Below are positions 12,340-25,760 of a stretch of DNA of 64,000 nt, piece by piece. Numbering within the stretch: position 1 is the first letter of the stretch; each line of letters opens with the position of its first letter. This DNA comes from Octopus vulgaris (Eukaryota): the NCBI GenBank assembly GCA_951406725.2, contig OX597816.1, forward strand, positions 107,756,001 to 107,820,000. The letters are read 5' to 3'. The notes beneath the pieces are model-generated. The model made no database searches, had not been told where the DNA came from, and saw only the letters and a program-made list of their open reading frames with translations. A program made the translations under genes and the position numbers.

Positions 12340-12820
12340 CACAAAAAGTGACAACAAAATATCCTGACAGACCATACTAGGAAAACAAGGACGGATCATT
12401 CGGAGTTTTCTATCCTCAGTCGAGTTCCAGATTATCTTTGCAATTTTGGCTGGTTATACTCGAGATTGCTCCAATCTGGCCAGCCCCAAGGGAAAAATAA
12501 GCTAAGAGCATTATATTCCTTGGAAGAGAGCAGCGAATGTATACGAAAACAAGAACGGAAAAAAAAACAGACAGATGTTACACAAATACAACAGGACATA
12601 ACAACAGGTGTCTTTCGACTAACGACTAATTAAATTAAGCTGGCGTATGTAAAAGTAAAGCCTTACGGCAGGGACATACAATTTAACAAACACAGGAAGG
12701 AATACATTTGTTTCAACCAAGAAAGAAAGGTCAGGCCTGGCCGAACACCTGGTATGTGGGGAGAGAAGAGAGAGGGGTAGAGGCAGAGAGATAGAAAAGT
12801 TAAGGAGGGGCGAGAGAAAA
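12340..12820. mobile_element. Dispersed repeat, probably the non-coding end of a retroelement; reverse-complement copy at 58290-58532
   Basis: tcattcggagttttctatcctc...ggtgtctttcgac matches 58290-58532 in the opposite orientation. Both copies abut microsatellites. Confidence 0.6.
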
Positions 12821-12982
12821 ATCAAAGAGACTCAGTGAAGTGAAAGAGGGAAAGTCTGCATGAAGAGAAGGCCAGGAAATGTGAGAGAGGGGGAACGAAA
12901 GAACGAAGAGTGGAATGAACGAAGTGTGAAAGGGATGACAGAAAGAACAAAAGAATGAAAGAATACAAAGAACAATAGAGTC

Positions 12983-13040
<58 letters not shown>

Positions 13041-13888
13041 CACATAGGTTAGTAGAGTTAGAGTTTGGAATAACTGTCTAAGGGATAAAAATATCCGTTT
13101 TAACAACCAGTATAATTACCTATGTTAACCTTGGACATACATTTTCAAGCATTTTATGCTCCTATGTTTCATGCAATGACAAAGACAAGCATGGGTTTAT
13201 CAGGAATCAAATTTAAAGTAAACAGAAAATGGAGAAATATTGATCAACAACAAGTGACTAACATCAATGATTACTTTTTAATGCTTGGTTACTGTAGCTG
13301 TTAGTTCGGAAATTAAACTTTGCATTATAATTCTCTAAATGTAGGTCACTTCCCTAGTCATTACCTCTCCTTAATTGTAGTCTCCACTTATCGTAGTTTA
13401 CACCTTATCTCCCTCCCTATTTCCTTTCCTACTAATTAATTCCTATCTTTGTCAACTAATTTCCCACTCCTATTTTATAAAACATTTGTCTATTTTCCCA
13501 CCCAAACGTCCAAATAGCGACCTCTCTAGGTTTTAATGACACTGCGAGTGTTGTTCATTCCTTCGTATTGTGCTTGTTAACGTGTTTGTTTGTTTTTATT
13601 TACAATGTCTTAAGCGGTTTTGAGCCACTTACAACATATTCTACTGTTCCCTACTTTTATGAGGACAAATATCCGTCAAATGTAAATAATGTAAATAATG
13701 TACATAATTCCTCATCTCTTAAATATATCAAAGAGACTCAGTGAAGTGAAAGAGGGAAAGTCTGCATGAAGAGAAGGCCAGGAAATGTGAGAGAGGGGGA
13801 ACGAAAGAACGAAGAGTGGAATGAACGAAGTGTGAAAGGGATGACAGAAAGAACAAAAGAATGAAAGAATACAAAGAACAATAGAGTC

Positions 13889-13946
<58 letters not shown>

Positions 13947-14631
13947 CATAGGTTAGTAGAGTTAGAGTTTGGAATAACTGTCTAAGGGATAAAAATATCC
14001 GTTTTAACAACCAGTATAATTACCTATGTTAACCTTGGACATACATTTTCAAGCATTTTATGCTCCTATGTTTCATGCAATGACAAAGACAAGCATGGGT
14101 TTATCAGGAATCAAATTTAAAGTAAACAGAAAATGGAGAAATATTGATCAACAACAAGTGACTAACATCAATGATTACTTTTTAATGCTTGGGTACTGTA
14201 GCTGTTAGTTCGGAAATTAAACTTTGCATTATAATTCTCTAAATGTAGGTCACTTCCCTAGTCATTACCTCTCCTTAATTGTAGTCTCCACTTATCGTAG
14301 TTTACACCTTATCTCCCTCCCTATTTCCTTTCCTACTAATTAATTCCTATCTTTGTCAACTAATTTCCCACTCCTATTTTATAAAACATTTGTCTATTTT
14401 CCCACCCAAACGTCCAAATAGCGACCTCTCTAGGTTTTAATGACACTGCGAGTGTTGTTCATTCCTTCGTATTGTGCTTGTTAACGTGTTTGTTTGTTTT
14501 TATTTACAATGTCTTAAGCGGTTTTGAGCCACTTACAACATATTCTACTGTTCCCTACTTTTATGAGGACAAATATCCGTCAAATGTAAATAATGTAAAT
14601 AATGTACATAATTCCTCATCTCTTAAATATA
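12821..14631. repeat. Near-perfect tandem duplication, unit about 904-906 bp
   Basis: 12821-13726 is repeated at 13727-14631. The identical 60-aa ORFs at 13122 and 14026 are offset by 904. I see only a couple of substitutions and a (TA)n length difference. Confidence 0.95.
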
Positions 14632-16221
14632 GAACTGTATTACTTCAATGTTCTTGAATAAAGGGAAAGTCTGGAGCAGAAAAAAACGTTTTAGTTGTCC
14701 TTAAAACACCTTCGGGCTGTTACATTTTGTGCAGTATATGAGTTAAATTTATAGAGCTTCATGTCTGAAATTATTGAAGTATCAAGGAATTTCCATTAAA
14801 ATAGTGTGCAAGTTTTCTGTTTTCTCTCTGTATATTTCCTATATATCCTTTGCTACGGTGGAACTAAATCTAGAATAAAACCCTGGACATAGATGTTCTT
14901 TTCTTCTGTTGCGTTTACCAGCAATCCTTCAATTTTCAGAATCTGAGGAGAACGCTCTCACATTCAGGCAAGTGTATGAATATTAGAGCTATTATTACGT
15001 AATACTTTTCATGATACTTTATTAAATAAATTTCTTCCGTGTATTCTGGGATTAATGAAGTCCTTTTATTCGGCATGGGTTACGGTACATTTAAGTCACG
15101 AACAATTCCAGGGCTACATATCCTGGCGAACATTTTTCATTGATATATTTAATACCATAACTAACAGTTGAGATCGCATTCGCTCTACTCTTTGAACCTT
15201 CTGCTGAATAACCGGCTTTCCTTGCACACTTTTATATATCACACCAATGTACTATCGCAAAGCCATTAAATAACTTTAACGGTATATGCTATCACTTTTC
15301 TGCTGAAATGACAGTGTAAATATTATCTAAGTTCGGCAGAAAGTATAAGCACAAACACGCAGGTACATAAACACAGACAGAGTCACATACAAATGTTTTC
15401 ACACACGTGCATGCACATAACCCCCCCCCCACACACACACACATCCACACAAATGCAAACGTGTGTGTGCGCGTCTGGAATTTGAACTTACTATAAAGTT
15501 CAGATTTCAAGATGTAGCATCAGAATGTTTTTCGTGACTACAATAGTTAATATTGTTAATATTGGAGAAGACGAAAATCGTAATGATTTCTGGACGCAAT
15601 GATCTCTCGACAATACGAATGCTCTATAGTTTAAGGTATACATGCAAGCAAGTTGATAATAGCATTCATATATGATGGCGGAAACTTAAGTCGGCGAGCT
15701 GGCAGAATTATTACCGTTTGTAGTAGAAAGAAAGAATATATGATTAGTAGACTGTTTCCGTCTCTTCTACCGCTCTTTTCCTCAGTCTTCCCTCTGTTTC
15801 TACTAATTTCAAAGATGAGAGTTCTGTAATCCACGGAACTAACTTCATAATGGACTATACTACAAGTGACAATTGCGCAATTAGCACAGTTATCTGGTAG
15901 ACTCAGGATTACATTGTACGCAAATAAGGCGGACGTTTGTCTTACGAATTAAATTTATTCAGCAGCTTACTTGCAAAGCTACATTTTATCTGAAACTATG
16001 CCAGAGAGACGGACGGACAGGAACAAAGCTTGTCCACTGAATTGCGCGTTGATCAAGATCGAGTCTCGAAACATGTGGTTGCAAAACAAACTTCTTAATC
16101 ACACAATCAAATGCATATTTTTCTCACTCTTCCCCTCTCACCTTCTCCCTCAGTGCCTCATGCTTTCCGTCTCTCTCTGTGTAAGTGTGTGCGCCTGTGT
16201 GTATGTGTGTACATATATATC

Positions 16222-16272
<51 letters not shown>

Positions 16273-16334
16273 CTTACATCCACACACATAGAAATATATA
16301 TGTGTGTGTCTGTATATGTGTCTATCTCTATATC

Positions 16335-16366
<32 letters not shown>

Positions 16367-16394
16367 CACATGCATACATATATATATACATACA

Positions 16395-16447
<53 letters not shown>

Positions 16448-16690
16448 GTGCGTGGCCTAGTGGTTATGATGCTGCATCGACGAACTTGCGATCGTGATTT
16501 CGGTGGCGTATTGTGATGAGTCATCTGCAACAACGTCCGATTGTTTTGTTGATACGGTGATATATGTATACACTCACACACACACATATATATATATATA
16601 TACATACATATATATGTGTGTGTGTGTTAACGTGTACACGCATTATTGCCTTCTGGACAGGTTTTTTTCTACCAAATTGTAAGAGGCTAT

Positions 16691-16753
16691 AGAAAGTTAC
16701 AATTGTTGTAGCCCCTCGTGGGTAATAAAGAAATCAGAAAGTTACAATTGTTG
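16691..16753 (+). mobile_element. 27-bp retro-insertion (Tx1-like or SINE-A 3' tail) with 18-bp target-site duplication
   Basis: agaaagttacaattgttg [tagcccctcgtgggtaataaagaaatc] agaaagttacaattgttg. Confidence 0.8.
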
Positions 16754-16869
16754 ATGGTGCTGGAACGCAGCGAGAGAGAACCTGCATACATATATTTGCA
16801 AGGCCTAATTCTGAACTCCGCAGCCTGTTTATCTATCTATCTCTCTCTCTCTCTATATATATATATATA

Positions 16870-17250
16870 ATCCTTTCTACTTAAGGCACGAGGCCCGAAA
16901 TTTTGGGGGATGAGGCCAGTAGATTAGATCACTAGGCAACTGGTACTTAATTTATCGAACCCAAAGTCGAACTCAGCGGAATTTGAAGTCAGAACGTAAA
17001 ACCAGACAAAATACCTATTTCTTTACTACCCACAAGGGGCTAAACACAGAAGGGACAAACAAGGACAGACAAACGGATAAAGTCGATTATATCGACCCCA
17101 GTGCGTAACTGGTACTTATTTAATCGACCCCGAAAAGATGAAAGTTAAAGTCGACCTCGGCGGAATTTGAACTCAGAACGTAGCGACAGACGAAATACTG
17201 TTGACCATTTCACCCGGCGTGCTTACAATCCTGCCAGCTCGCCGCCTTAT
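16870..17250 (-). mobile_element. SINE family A, dimer-like copy with two different 3' tails
   Basis: Full head at 17250-17060, then tail gccccttgtgggtagtaaagaaat, then a second partial unit ending gtgccttaagtagaaagga. Confidence 0.8.
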
Positions 17251-17301
17251 GAATATATGTATAATGTAATTAATATGTGTTTATATGTGTATGTATGTAT
17301 G

Positions 17302-17350
<49 letters not shown>

Positions 17351-17376
17351 TTATCTATCTATCTATCTAGAGAGAA

Positions 17377-17409
<33 letters not shown>

Positions 17410-18704
17410 GAAAGAGAGAGAGAAAGAGAGAGAGAAAGAGAAAGAGAGAGAGAAAGAAAGAGAGATTGTGCGTTTATAAATCTATATAACAGAATATATG
17501 CGTTTGTGTGTGTTTGTATGAGTACATATACATTATATATAAGTACGTATATATTGCAGATAAATGTTATATTCCATGCAACTATAAATCCTCATTGATA
17601 TGAGATACGCATTTATAGCCTATTAGCTAATATAAAATCACAGAAACAAACAAAATATCATTACGTTGATGGTACATTATTATTCAAATTCAAATCTTTG
17701 TGCATTTTGTCATAATTATGTGGAGGAAAACATTTCAAACGAAAACCTGAAGCGACAACATTCAAATACACATCAAAACACTTCGATAATAATGCTCATT
17801 TATTTCCATTAATATTTTGGAAAAAAATCCGTTTATTGTTAAGATACATATAAACAGACTAAAAACTAAAATATGTTTTTTTTTTCTTTTATATCGCTAA
17901 GTCATAAGAAACATGTTCTAGTGGCGTTTGTTGGACAACTGGCTGTTGAGCGTGTAGGACGATCGAATCAGAACTCAAGAATTGCTTCATGAGACAGTAA
18001 CACATAGAAATATCGTAATTTCTTACATTTGGGGGCCTGGTTCGAATATGCTTACAAAAATCGTATTAAACAAATTGATGAGTTAAATTTACTACACAAG
18101 AACATATATAGTGCACATGATAGTCTACCGTAGAGTCTCCTTATGACCGTTTTAGCCCTAATCAGAATCATTAATATATGTTGTAGGACACCGATATAGT
18201 TTACAAATGCCTGCAGATGAAACCGTAAATTCTGTCGTTACGTGATGTATTATATAGGAGTCCCGGATAAGAAGAATATACAAATGTTTATCGTAACATC
18301 AAACACAAAACATAAAACGGTTGGTTTGATCGATGTAAATAAACAGTGTACAACATAATGGAAATCATAACTGACGGATAATAAAGCCAAATGAAATGAA
18401 AACAAAGAGAAATAGGAAAAAAAAAGATCACTCAATACGAACTCCACATCTAGATAATGTAAATAAAAGAACAAAAATTGCATAGTGGGGGGAAAAAAGA
18501 TGATCAGCTGAAAGAAATTGCGTATAATCATTTAGCCAAGTGGTGAAGGTTCTTTCTGCTATCTTTTCCAAAGTACTTTTTAACGTATAGCACCATTGCG
18601 AAAACAATTTGCATTCCTTTTTATTGTTCACATGTATTGACGCTCACAAGTATTGACGAACGAACTTACAGTCTTTCTCTCTCTCTCCCTCCCTCTCTCT
18701 CTCT

Positions 18705-18745
<41 letters not shown>

Positions 18746-18779
18746 GTTCTTTCAAAATTCTCATATACGTATGCCTTTT

Positions 18780-18985
18780 AGGATATTAACGTTGTATAGT
18801 TTTTATGGTACTTGTTTCTACGTGCCTGAAATTTTGTAGGGGGTGGCTAGCCGATGTAATCGTTAACAGTACTCAACCGGCATCATTTATTTTAAAGACA
18901 TCAAAAGGATGAAAGGTAAAATTGACCTCGGTGATATTTCAAATGAGAATATTAAGCCGCCAAGCATCTACTAGCTCGCCGCCTC
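18780..18985 (-). mobile_element. SINE family A copy (diverged)
   Basis: ggcggcgagctagtag head and gaggtcaattttacctttcatcc centre on the minus strand. Confidence 0.65.
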
Positions 18986-19005
18986 TGTATGTGTGTATAG
19001 TATAT

Positions 19006-19058
<53 letters not shown>

Positions 19059-19889
19059 AAAACACGCACACACACACACACGCACACACACACACGCACA
19101 CACACAGACACACACACACACATCTGTGAGTGGTTTGGGTATTCGACTCCCGATCGCAAGGTCGTGAGTTCGATTTCAGGTGGTTCGTTGTGTCTGTGAC
19201 AAGATACTTTATTTCACGTCGTTTCAGTCCTCTCAGGTACTTTATTTGTATGTGGTTGTGTGGATAAACGTACATTATGTGGTGGGTTTGTACACAAGTG
19301 TGTGTGTTTCACTATTATTTATGTGTTTGTGTATCTGTGTGTATGTGTTCCATATGTATATGTGAGTGCGTGTAGTTATTAAGTCCAGGAACCGAAATGG
19401 AGCTCTCATGGAATCTTATACAAATTTTCATTCTTTAATTAGCCAATTGTATTTGGAGAATGCAAATCAGTTTGCTTCATTCTTTCTAGAAAAAACTCCA
19501 ACATTTCTTGACTTTTATCAAATCTATTACCATATTATTCAATGTATATATTATATTAGGTACAAATGAAAATTCATCGCTTTGAAATAATAGTTGTAAG
19601 TTTCCGATTAATTCCCCATAGATGTTTTCCATTTTCCCAAATTTGTGACGGGACGTTCACACCAGCTGGAAGTTGATCTGTACAACAGTGCATGATTTTA
19701 GTATGTAGTCTTCTGTTTTAATTAATATTGTCGCTTCAAGTTTTCGTTTGAAATGTTTTCCTCCACATAATTATGGCAAAATGCACAAAGATTTGAATAA
19801 TAATATACCATCCTTATGATAAGGAAGGAGATGGTTTCTAACAAAAATGCAAAGCTCCATCGTTGAAATATAGATAACAAAATCAAAGT

Positions 19890-20390
19890 TACCTTTTGAA
19901 ACTGAGAAAAATTTTGCGCACTTTTACTGTCCCACTTACAAGTTGTATTTGTAATCTGCGAGTTAGCCGGTTGAATTCTTTTTCTGAAAAGCCCTAGCGT
20001 AATCTAATTGCCACTTGGGCATTTACTCATAAACCCAAGTGCACCACTCATCATTGGTATACACGTGAATTTATAAAATGGATATATTGAAACTGAAGGT
20101 GTCCAGGGAGTTGTCCATAGTTGTCCTGTTTCTCTTGATTTTCAGAGGTATTCACATCAACAGGACAACTGATTTCTATGACGGTACATTCTTTCTGTTG
20201 CCTGTCCAAAACACTATCCGGTCTAATATAATTACAATTGATACATGTTTTGATGGGAATATTCCACCAGTATTCTTTGTATCATGAATTATGTATGTAT
20301 CCGATCTCCGCAAACTTCTGCCAGAACCAATATTGTCACTGATTTCCAAATACGCTGCGCCCTATGACCACTATATTAAGTAAGGTTTTT
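19890..20390 (-). mobile_element. RLE-type (R4-like) LINE 3' fragment
   Basis: EYWWNIPIKTCINCNYIRPDSV..DRQQKECTVIEISCPVDVN...EKQDNYGQL...IPMMSGALGF is an RPD/E-type restriction-like endonuclease domain, with frameshifts. Confidence 0.8.
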
Positions 20391-23060
20391 GGCATGATTC
20401 ACTCTAAGCTGTCGACAAATACAGAGAGAGAGATGGAGAGAGAGAGAGAGAATATTTATATTTTCTGTATCCTTGCAGTTCTGTTGAGAGAGCCGGCAAG
20501 TGATTTACTTAAGAACTGCGCTACAACCGATGTGTGTCTATAAAGACATTAAAAAATTTTGATTGGAACAGTCTCAAGGAAGTCATTGCTCTGGAGTGAC
20601 ATATCCAGTTAGAGACATTAAATTGTGATACTGTAAAAAAAACCGTTGTCAGCCTGTCAGTCTGTCTACTTGTCTATCTGTTTCTCTTTCTCTATCTTTC
20701 TATCTTTCTATCTTTCCTTGCCTCCGTCTTTCAGCAAATGCATACTATGAGCAGATATAGCACAGTACTGTGATGTGTGAAAGAGAAAACTACATAATTA
20801 ATGACTGTTTTGTAGCTTGAATTATCCGTTACAGTCCTTTTATGGACATGGGTTAACATAGAAATGCTCACTTTGCAACACTGTTTCAACCAACTCTATT
20901 ACTACGATGCCAAAAGAAAAAAAACCAGAAAGAAAAGTAAAAACGAAAAACAAAAAAAATAGTAGAAATCAATGAATGACTTGTTACAAACCTTTGTGTC
21001 GGTTACGATCGAAATCGTTTTCGAAAAAAAAATAATAATAATAAATGAGTGGAATAGGATAAGTCGTGTTGACGATATTGTTGTGTCAGTTGTTTGATGT
21101 TAAGTTGTTGTTCAGCTTCACTTCTGTTGAGAGGGAATTTTGCCTATTCTTTTGAAACCATTTATCCTGTTATGATCTCAGTCTGCCAATGAAAAAAAAA
21201 AAAAAAAGAAAAAGAAAGAAAAAGAAAAAAGATTATAGTACTTTATGATGGAGATTAATTAAGTCCACTGTTGCGTAGTTTTGGTAGAATATCGGTTTGT
21301 CTGTTCCCTCGAGGCTAAATATAATCCAGTCTTGGATATTCCTTCCCATCTCATTAACTGGTCTTTCCCTAAATCGTTTGACACAGGTTTACATAGCATG
21401 TAACTCGTGACACTTTATAGTTTAGAACGTGTGCGTAATATGCCTTACCGGATTGTTATAATTTGTTTTTAACCCTCCCAACAAGTCTGTCTACCTCACC
21501 CGTATCTAGCAATGCAGTAATCCAGGCAACACAATCGAATGTCCTTTTTTTTTTTACAAATGATGTAACGGAATTTGAAGGAGGTTTAGTTGATATTTCT
21601 GCCTGTTCAAGAGAGCACGCAGAGGCGTCCGGCTTGGCTCTTAACGTGGTTGGTTCTTTTCTATGCATCTTTGGCAGGGGACCTCTTTTTTTTCGTTTAC
21701 TGCTATTGAATCTAAAAGTTTGAAGGACAACATAATTTTTTTATTTTACGACTAGACCTTTTTTCAAGTTAATGTTAACTCTTTTGCCTACAGTCTCGTG
21801 AGACAACAGCATACTCTTCGAGTATGCATACTCTTCGAGTATGCATACTCTTCGGTATTGCCACTTTTAAAACGTACATAGACTCGCAATCAATTGTCAT
21901 TTTGTTTAAATTATTGGTCCCTCTGCGGAGGTTATTATTTTTATTTAAAATACATACGTGAATGAGAGATTCTTTTATTTCGCCTAAATTGATAAAAAAG
22001 AAAAGGAACCCTAGAATTTTTTATTACGACAGCCTCAGAAGAATGTCTATGAAAAACTTTTGTTCTACAATGAATGTAGAAACAACTATGGGTATAAAAA
22101 AAGGCAGGTTAGGAAGGCAGTCATCATCAGGCGGAAGTGTGAAGAGGAGTGAAATTTATATAAGCCTGTATAAATTTCTGTGTCTGTCTGTAAGTATCGA
22201 GGGAGTCAGAAGAGTACTCGTTCCAAGCGCTGAGAACATTTCCTAAATCACTCAATCAAGCAACTCGATGACATTTTGGCGCAGTTATTGCTTACCGTGT
22301 GTCGATCAGTCTATGATAGAACTTGCTCCACATTGCTGTTTTGCCTCAGTTTACTCTAAAACAAAACCTATGATCAAAAACTTCAAAGGCGTGACAGGCC
22401 CACCATTTTTCTCACATCCAGTGTGTCTCTAACTACATGATCCAATGTTTTGCTTTTATTTTCCATGTTAATAAATTGTCATTTGCGAGAACTATAGCTG
22501 CTGTCTCCAGCTTCTCAAGCAACCGCTTAATGGCTCCCTTATCAGCTCGTGTTCTACTGTACAAAAATATCAAGCACTGATAATACTGCCACTGACAGCA
22601 CAAGAGATGTCAATAAAAACGACATCAACAATAGCAACAACAGCAACAACAACAACACCAGCAGCAGAAGCAGCAATAATAAAAACAACACAAACAACAA
22701 CGTGTGCAATAGTGCAAAAAAATCTCTACAACACCAGCAGTATTGTTTGTAATACCGAACCTAACCAAACACCTACAACAGTATAGCAGTAACACAACAA
22801 CAATAACAACAGTGCTAACAAGAACAACAATTACAACAACATAAATGTATAGCAAGCAGCCTCTAGGAGTGCATTCCAAATTCTTCATACTGGCGACACC
22901 CTTTGTCAAATGAAAATTAATTATGATTCTTTAAATATTTTTGACAATTAAAATTTATTTCTCGACACAAATCATGTCTAAATGTAGGCAGGGCTGTTGG
23001 ATCTGAAATGTACTTCACAGCTAAATGTATTTATTGCTTTAGAAGTCGACGTGATATATA

Positions 23061-23711
23061 GGGCGGGTGTAAAGAACATGGACAGCACCCACTTTCGTTT
23101 TTTCTTTTTTGGGGGTGAGGTGTTCTACAGAAAGCTACCTTTTCGACTGCGGAGATTCCGAATCTGCCAAAAAAAAAAAACAAAAAAAAAACGGCATTTC
23201 AAAATTTTAGAGGGGGTGAAAATTAAAATTTTGCAAACGTGTTTTGGGGGTTTTCAAAATCCAACCAGAATGTCCGACAAACTAGAAACAACAGCCAACC
23301 CGAAGATCCACTTTTTAAATACGAATTACCAAAAAGGAAAAAAAAATGTCCAATGCCATTTTGTTGTAGTGTGTGTGTGTGTGTAAAGACCCTCCAGCAC
23401 ATGTTCACTTTCTGTCATGGATGCGCTAGCGGACGAGAGGGGGTGTTTATTTATTTATTTTTGAAAAATTGAAATTTTACAAAATTTTTCTTCATTTCAG
23501 AATCATAGTCTCCGTATTTTTCTACGTATTTCGCCAAAAAATAAGTGAAAAATTGGGGTGCGGTGGGGTTAAGGAACTAAAATTTTGAAATGCCGATTTG
23601 TTTTGCAGATTCGGAAATTCTACATTCGAAAAAGCGATTTTCTGTACACCCACCATCAAAAAAAGACAAAAACCCGAAAGTGGGTACGGTCCATGTCCTT
23701 TACCTCCGCCA
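23061..23711. mobile_element. MITE / non-autonomous DNA transposon with imperfect TIRs of about 150 bp, flanked by TA
   Basis: Left end ggcgggtgtaaagaacatggacagcacccactttcg matches the reverse complement of the right end, ggcggaggtaaaggacatggaccgtacccactttcg. Similarity continues through ccgaatctgc and cggcatttcaaaatttt. Confidence 0.8.
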
Positions 23712-23894
23712 TACATAGTGTAAACAGGTAGTGTAAACAGGTAGTGTAAACATTAAAACATTGTCACTACCTTCCCGAATTCTGTTGCTTTTTCACGAGG
23801 AATTTTTGGTCCTCCAACGTCATTTTGGTATACCTAACTTTCTTGGTTGTAAATTTTAGTCTGAAAAATTTGAATTGCATGGCGAAAATGTGGT

Positions 23895-24125
23895 ATTGTT
23901 TGAGTGTGTCCATGTGTATGGGTTTGTGTGACTATGTACGTGCGTCCGTTATGTATGGATGTGTGTTTCCATCTGTGTCCTAGTGTATGTGGAGTGTGCG
24001 TGTGTGTATTTGGTCGTGTGTTTCCGTCTCCTTTTCTGTAAGTATAAGTGTGTCCTTGTCTGTCCATATTACCCATGTACCTATGTATATACTTATCTAT
24101 CTGTTTTCCTACACATCTAATTACC

Positions 24126-24182
<57 letters not shown>

Positions 24183-25760
24183 TATTGGGATATCACTACC
24201 TTCCATGTGTGTCTCCTATTTCGTGCAAAGGATATTTCATTTATGAGGACGGTTTCCTGTATTTGTCTGCGTGTTGGGTCATTTCGAATGCTTGGATACA
24301 ATGCGAATGTCAAGTCGACCAAGTGTACCTCTATGTTGATCTTTTGCATGTTGGTAGAGTATGGAGAACAGCATTTTATTTTGTCGTCATATCGTCTGAA
24401 ATTGTACATTTAACCTTCCCGCAATGCTTCTAGATGTCTCATCAATGTTTGTCATGTTCTTGCCTTTACAAACATCCTAATGCACCTTAAGATGTAGACT
24501 GCATTTCTAGTTTTACAGTTAATGCCAGGGTTAATTTTACATACTATGCAGTTTGATATTTTTCGGACTTGTACCATCTGTGTTGTACCAAGGAGTGATG
24601 TTTGTAGAGGCCACAGCTCATAGAGAAACTAGCCCGAAGATTAAGGAAAGTTCTGAAGGAGATCAGACTCAACATTAAAATTGTTGAAAAGCCAGGGAAT
24701 TCCATCAGACCACAATTATGTAGGACGTACTCCTTAGAGAATACCACATGCACCAATGGAAACTGCATGGTATGGAAGATTAACACTGGAATTAACTGTA
24801 GAACTAGAAATGTAGTCTACATCATAAGGTGCATGGAAGGTGCTTGTAAAGATAAGAACATGACATACATTGGTGAGACATTTTAAACAGCATGACGACA
24901 AAAACAATCCTCCATATTCTACCAACATATCAAAGACCAACATGGAGGCACACTGGGGCGACTTGACATCCGCATTGTATCCAAGCACCCGAACAGACCC
25001 AACACTCAGACAAATAGATGAGTACCTCTTAACAAATGAAACATTCCCTGTACTAAATACGAGATACACATAGAAGTCAGTGATACTCCAATACCCAACG
25101 TTTGTACATACACAGGTAGATTTGTTAGTAGGCTGTTATGTTGACGAAAAAGATATATGAGTTAACGGTTTGCAGACGTTTACTCACCATGCAGGAACTG
25201 AACACCTATTTTGTATATCTTTATCTACCCCTGAAGAGATTCAACTTTCAGATAATTTTTAATTTGATTAATAAATTTTCTGAAGGTCTGGAATTAAAAC
25301 AGCTGTAAGATATGCTTTTCAATTTTTCAATTTATAAAAAATTTATTAATTACTTCTCTATTTTCTCGTCTTACTATTATAATGGATAAACATACATAAA
25401 CCACAGTTTATATGGTTACCTTGAGGTTGAGTATTGAATGTAATGTTCAATATTCTTTGTATAGGTAACTAACCAGTGCTTTCGTGGGATTTTGAGGTTT
25501 GTAACCTTTGATTGTGCTTATATATATATAAATAGATATGCAAGTAAACAAATAGATAAGTACATAGACATGGGTAATACGGACAGGCAAGCACACACAC
25601 ACATACATACACAAGAAGAAATAGAAACAGATGACCATTTGCACAGATGCACACTCCACACACACACACATACAATGACACATATGGAGACACATATCCA
25701 TACATAACAGACGCATGTAGATACACAAACCATGGGTACCATGGGTACACTCAAGCACGC
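23895..25760. mobile_element. Old PLE remnant forming a large imperfect palindrome (two GIY-YIG arms back to back)
   Basis: Plus strand 24630-24880 reads LARRLRKVLKEIRLNIKIVEKPGNSIRPQLC...CTNGNC...NCRTRNVVYIIRC...TYIGET. 24181-24535 is a diverged reverse complement of 24778-25095, and 23895-24125 of 25540-25760. Confidence 0.75.

Noticed and set aside
17900-18640. Possible piggyBac-like transposase remnant
   Set aside because: Only a vague HKTVGLIDVNKQC resemblance; no catalytic motifs or TTAA ends found.
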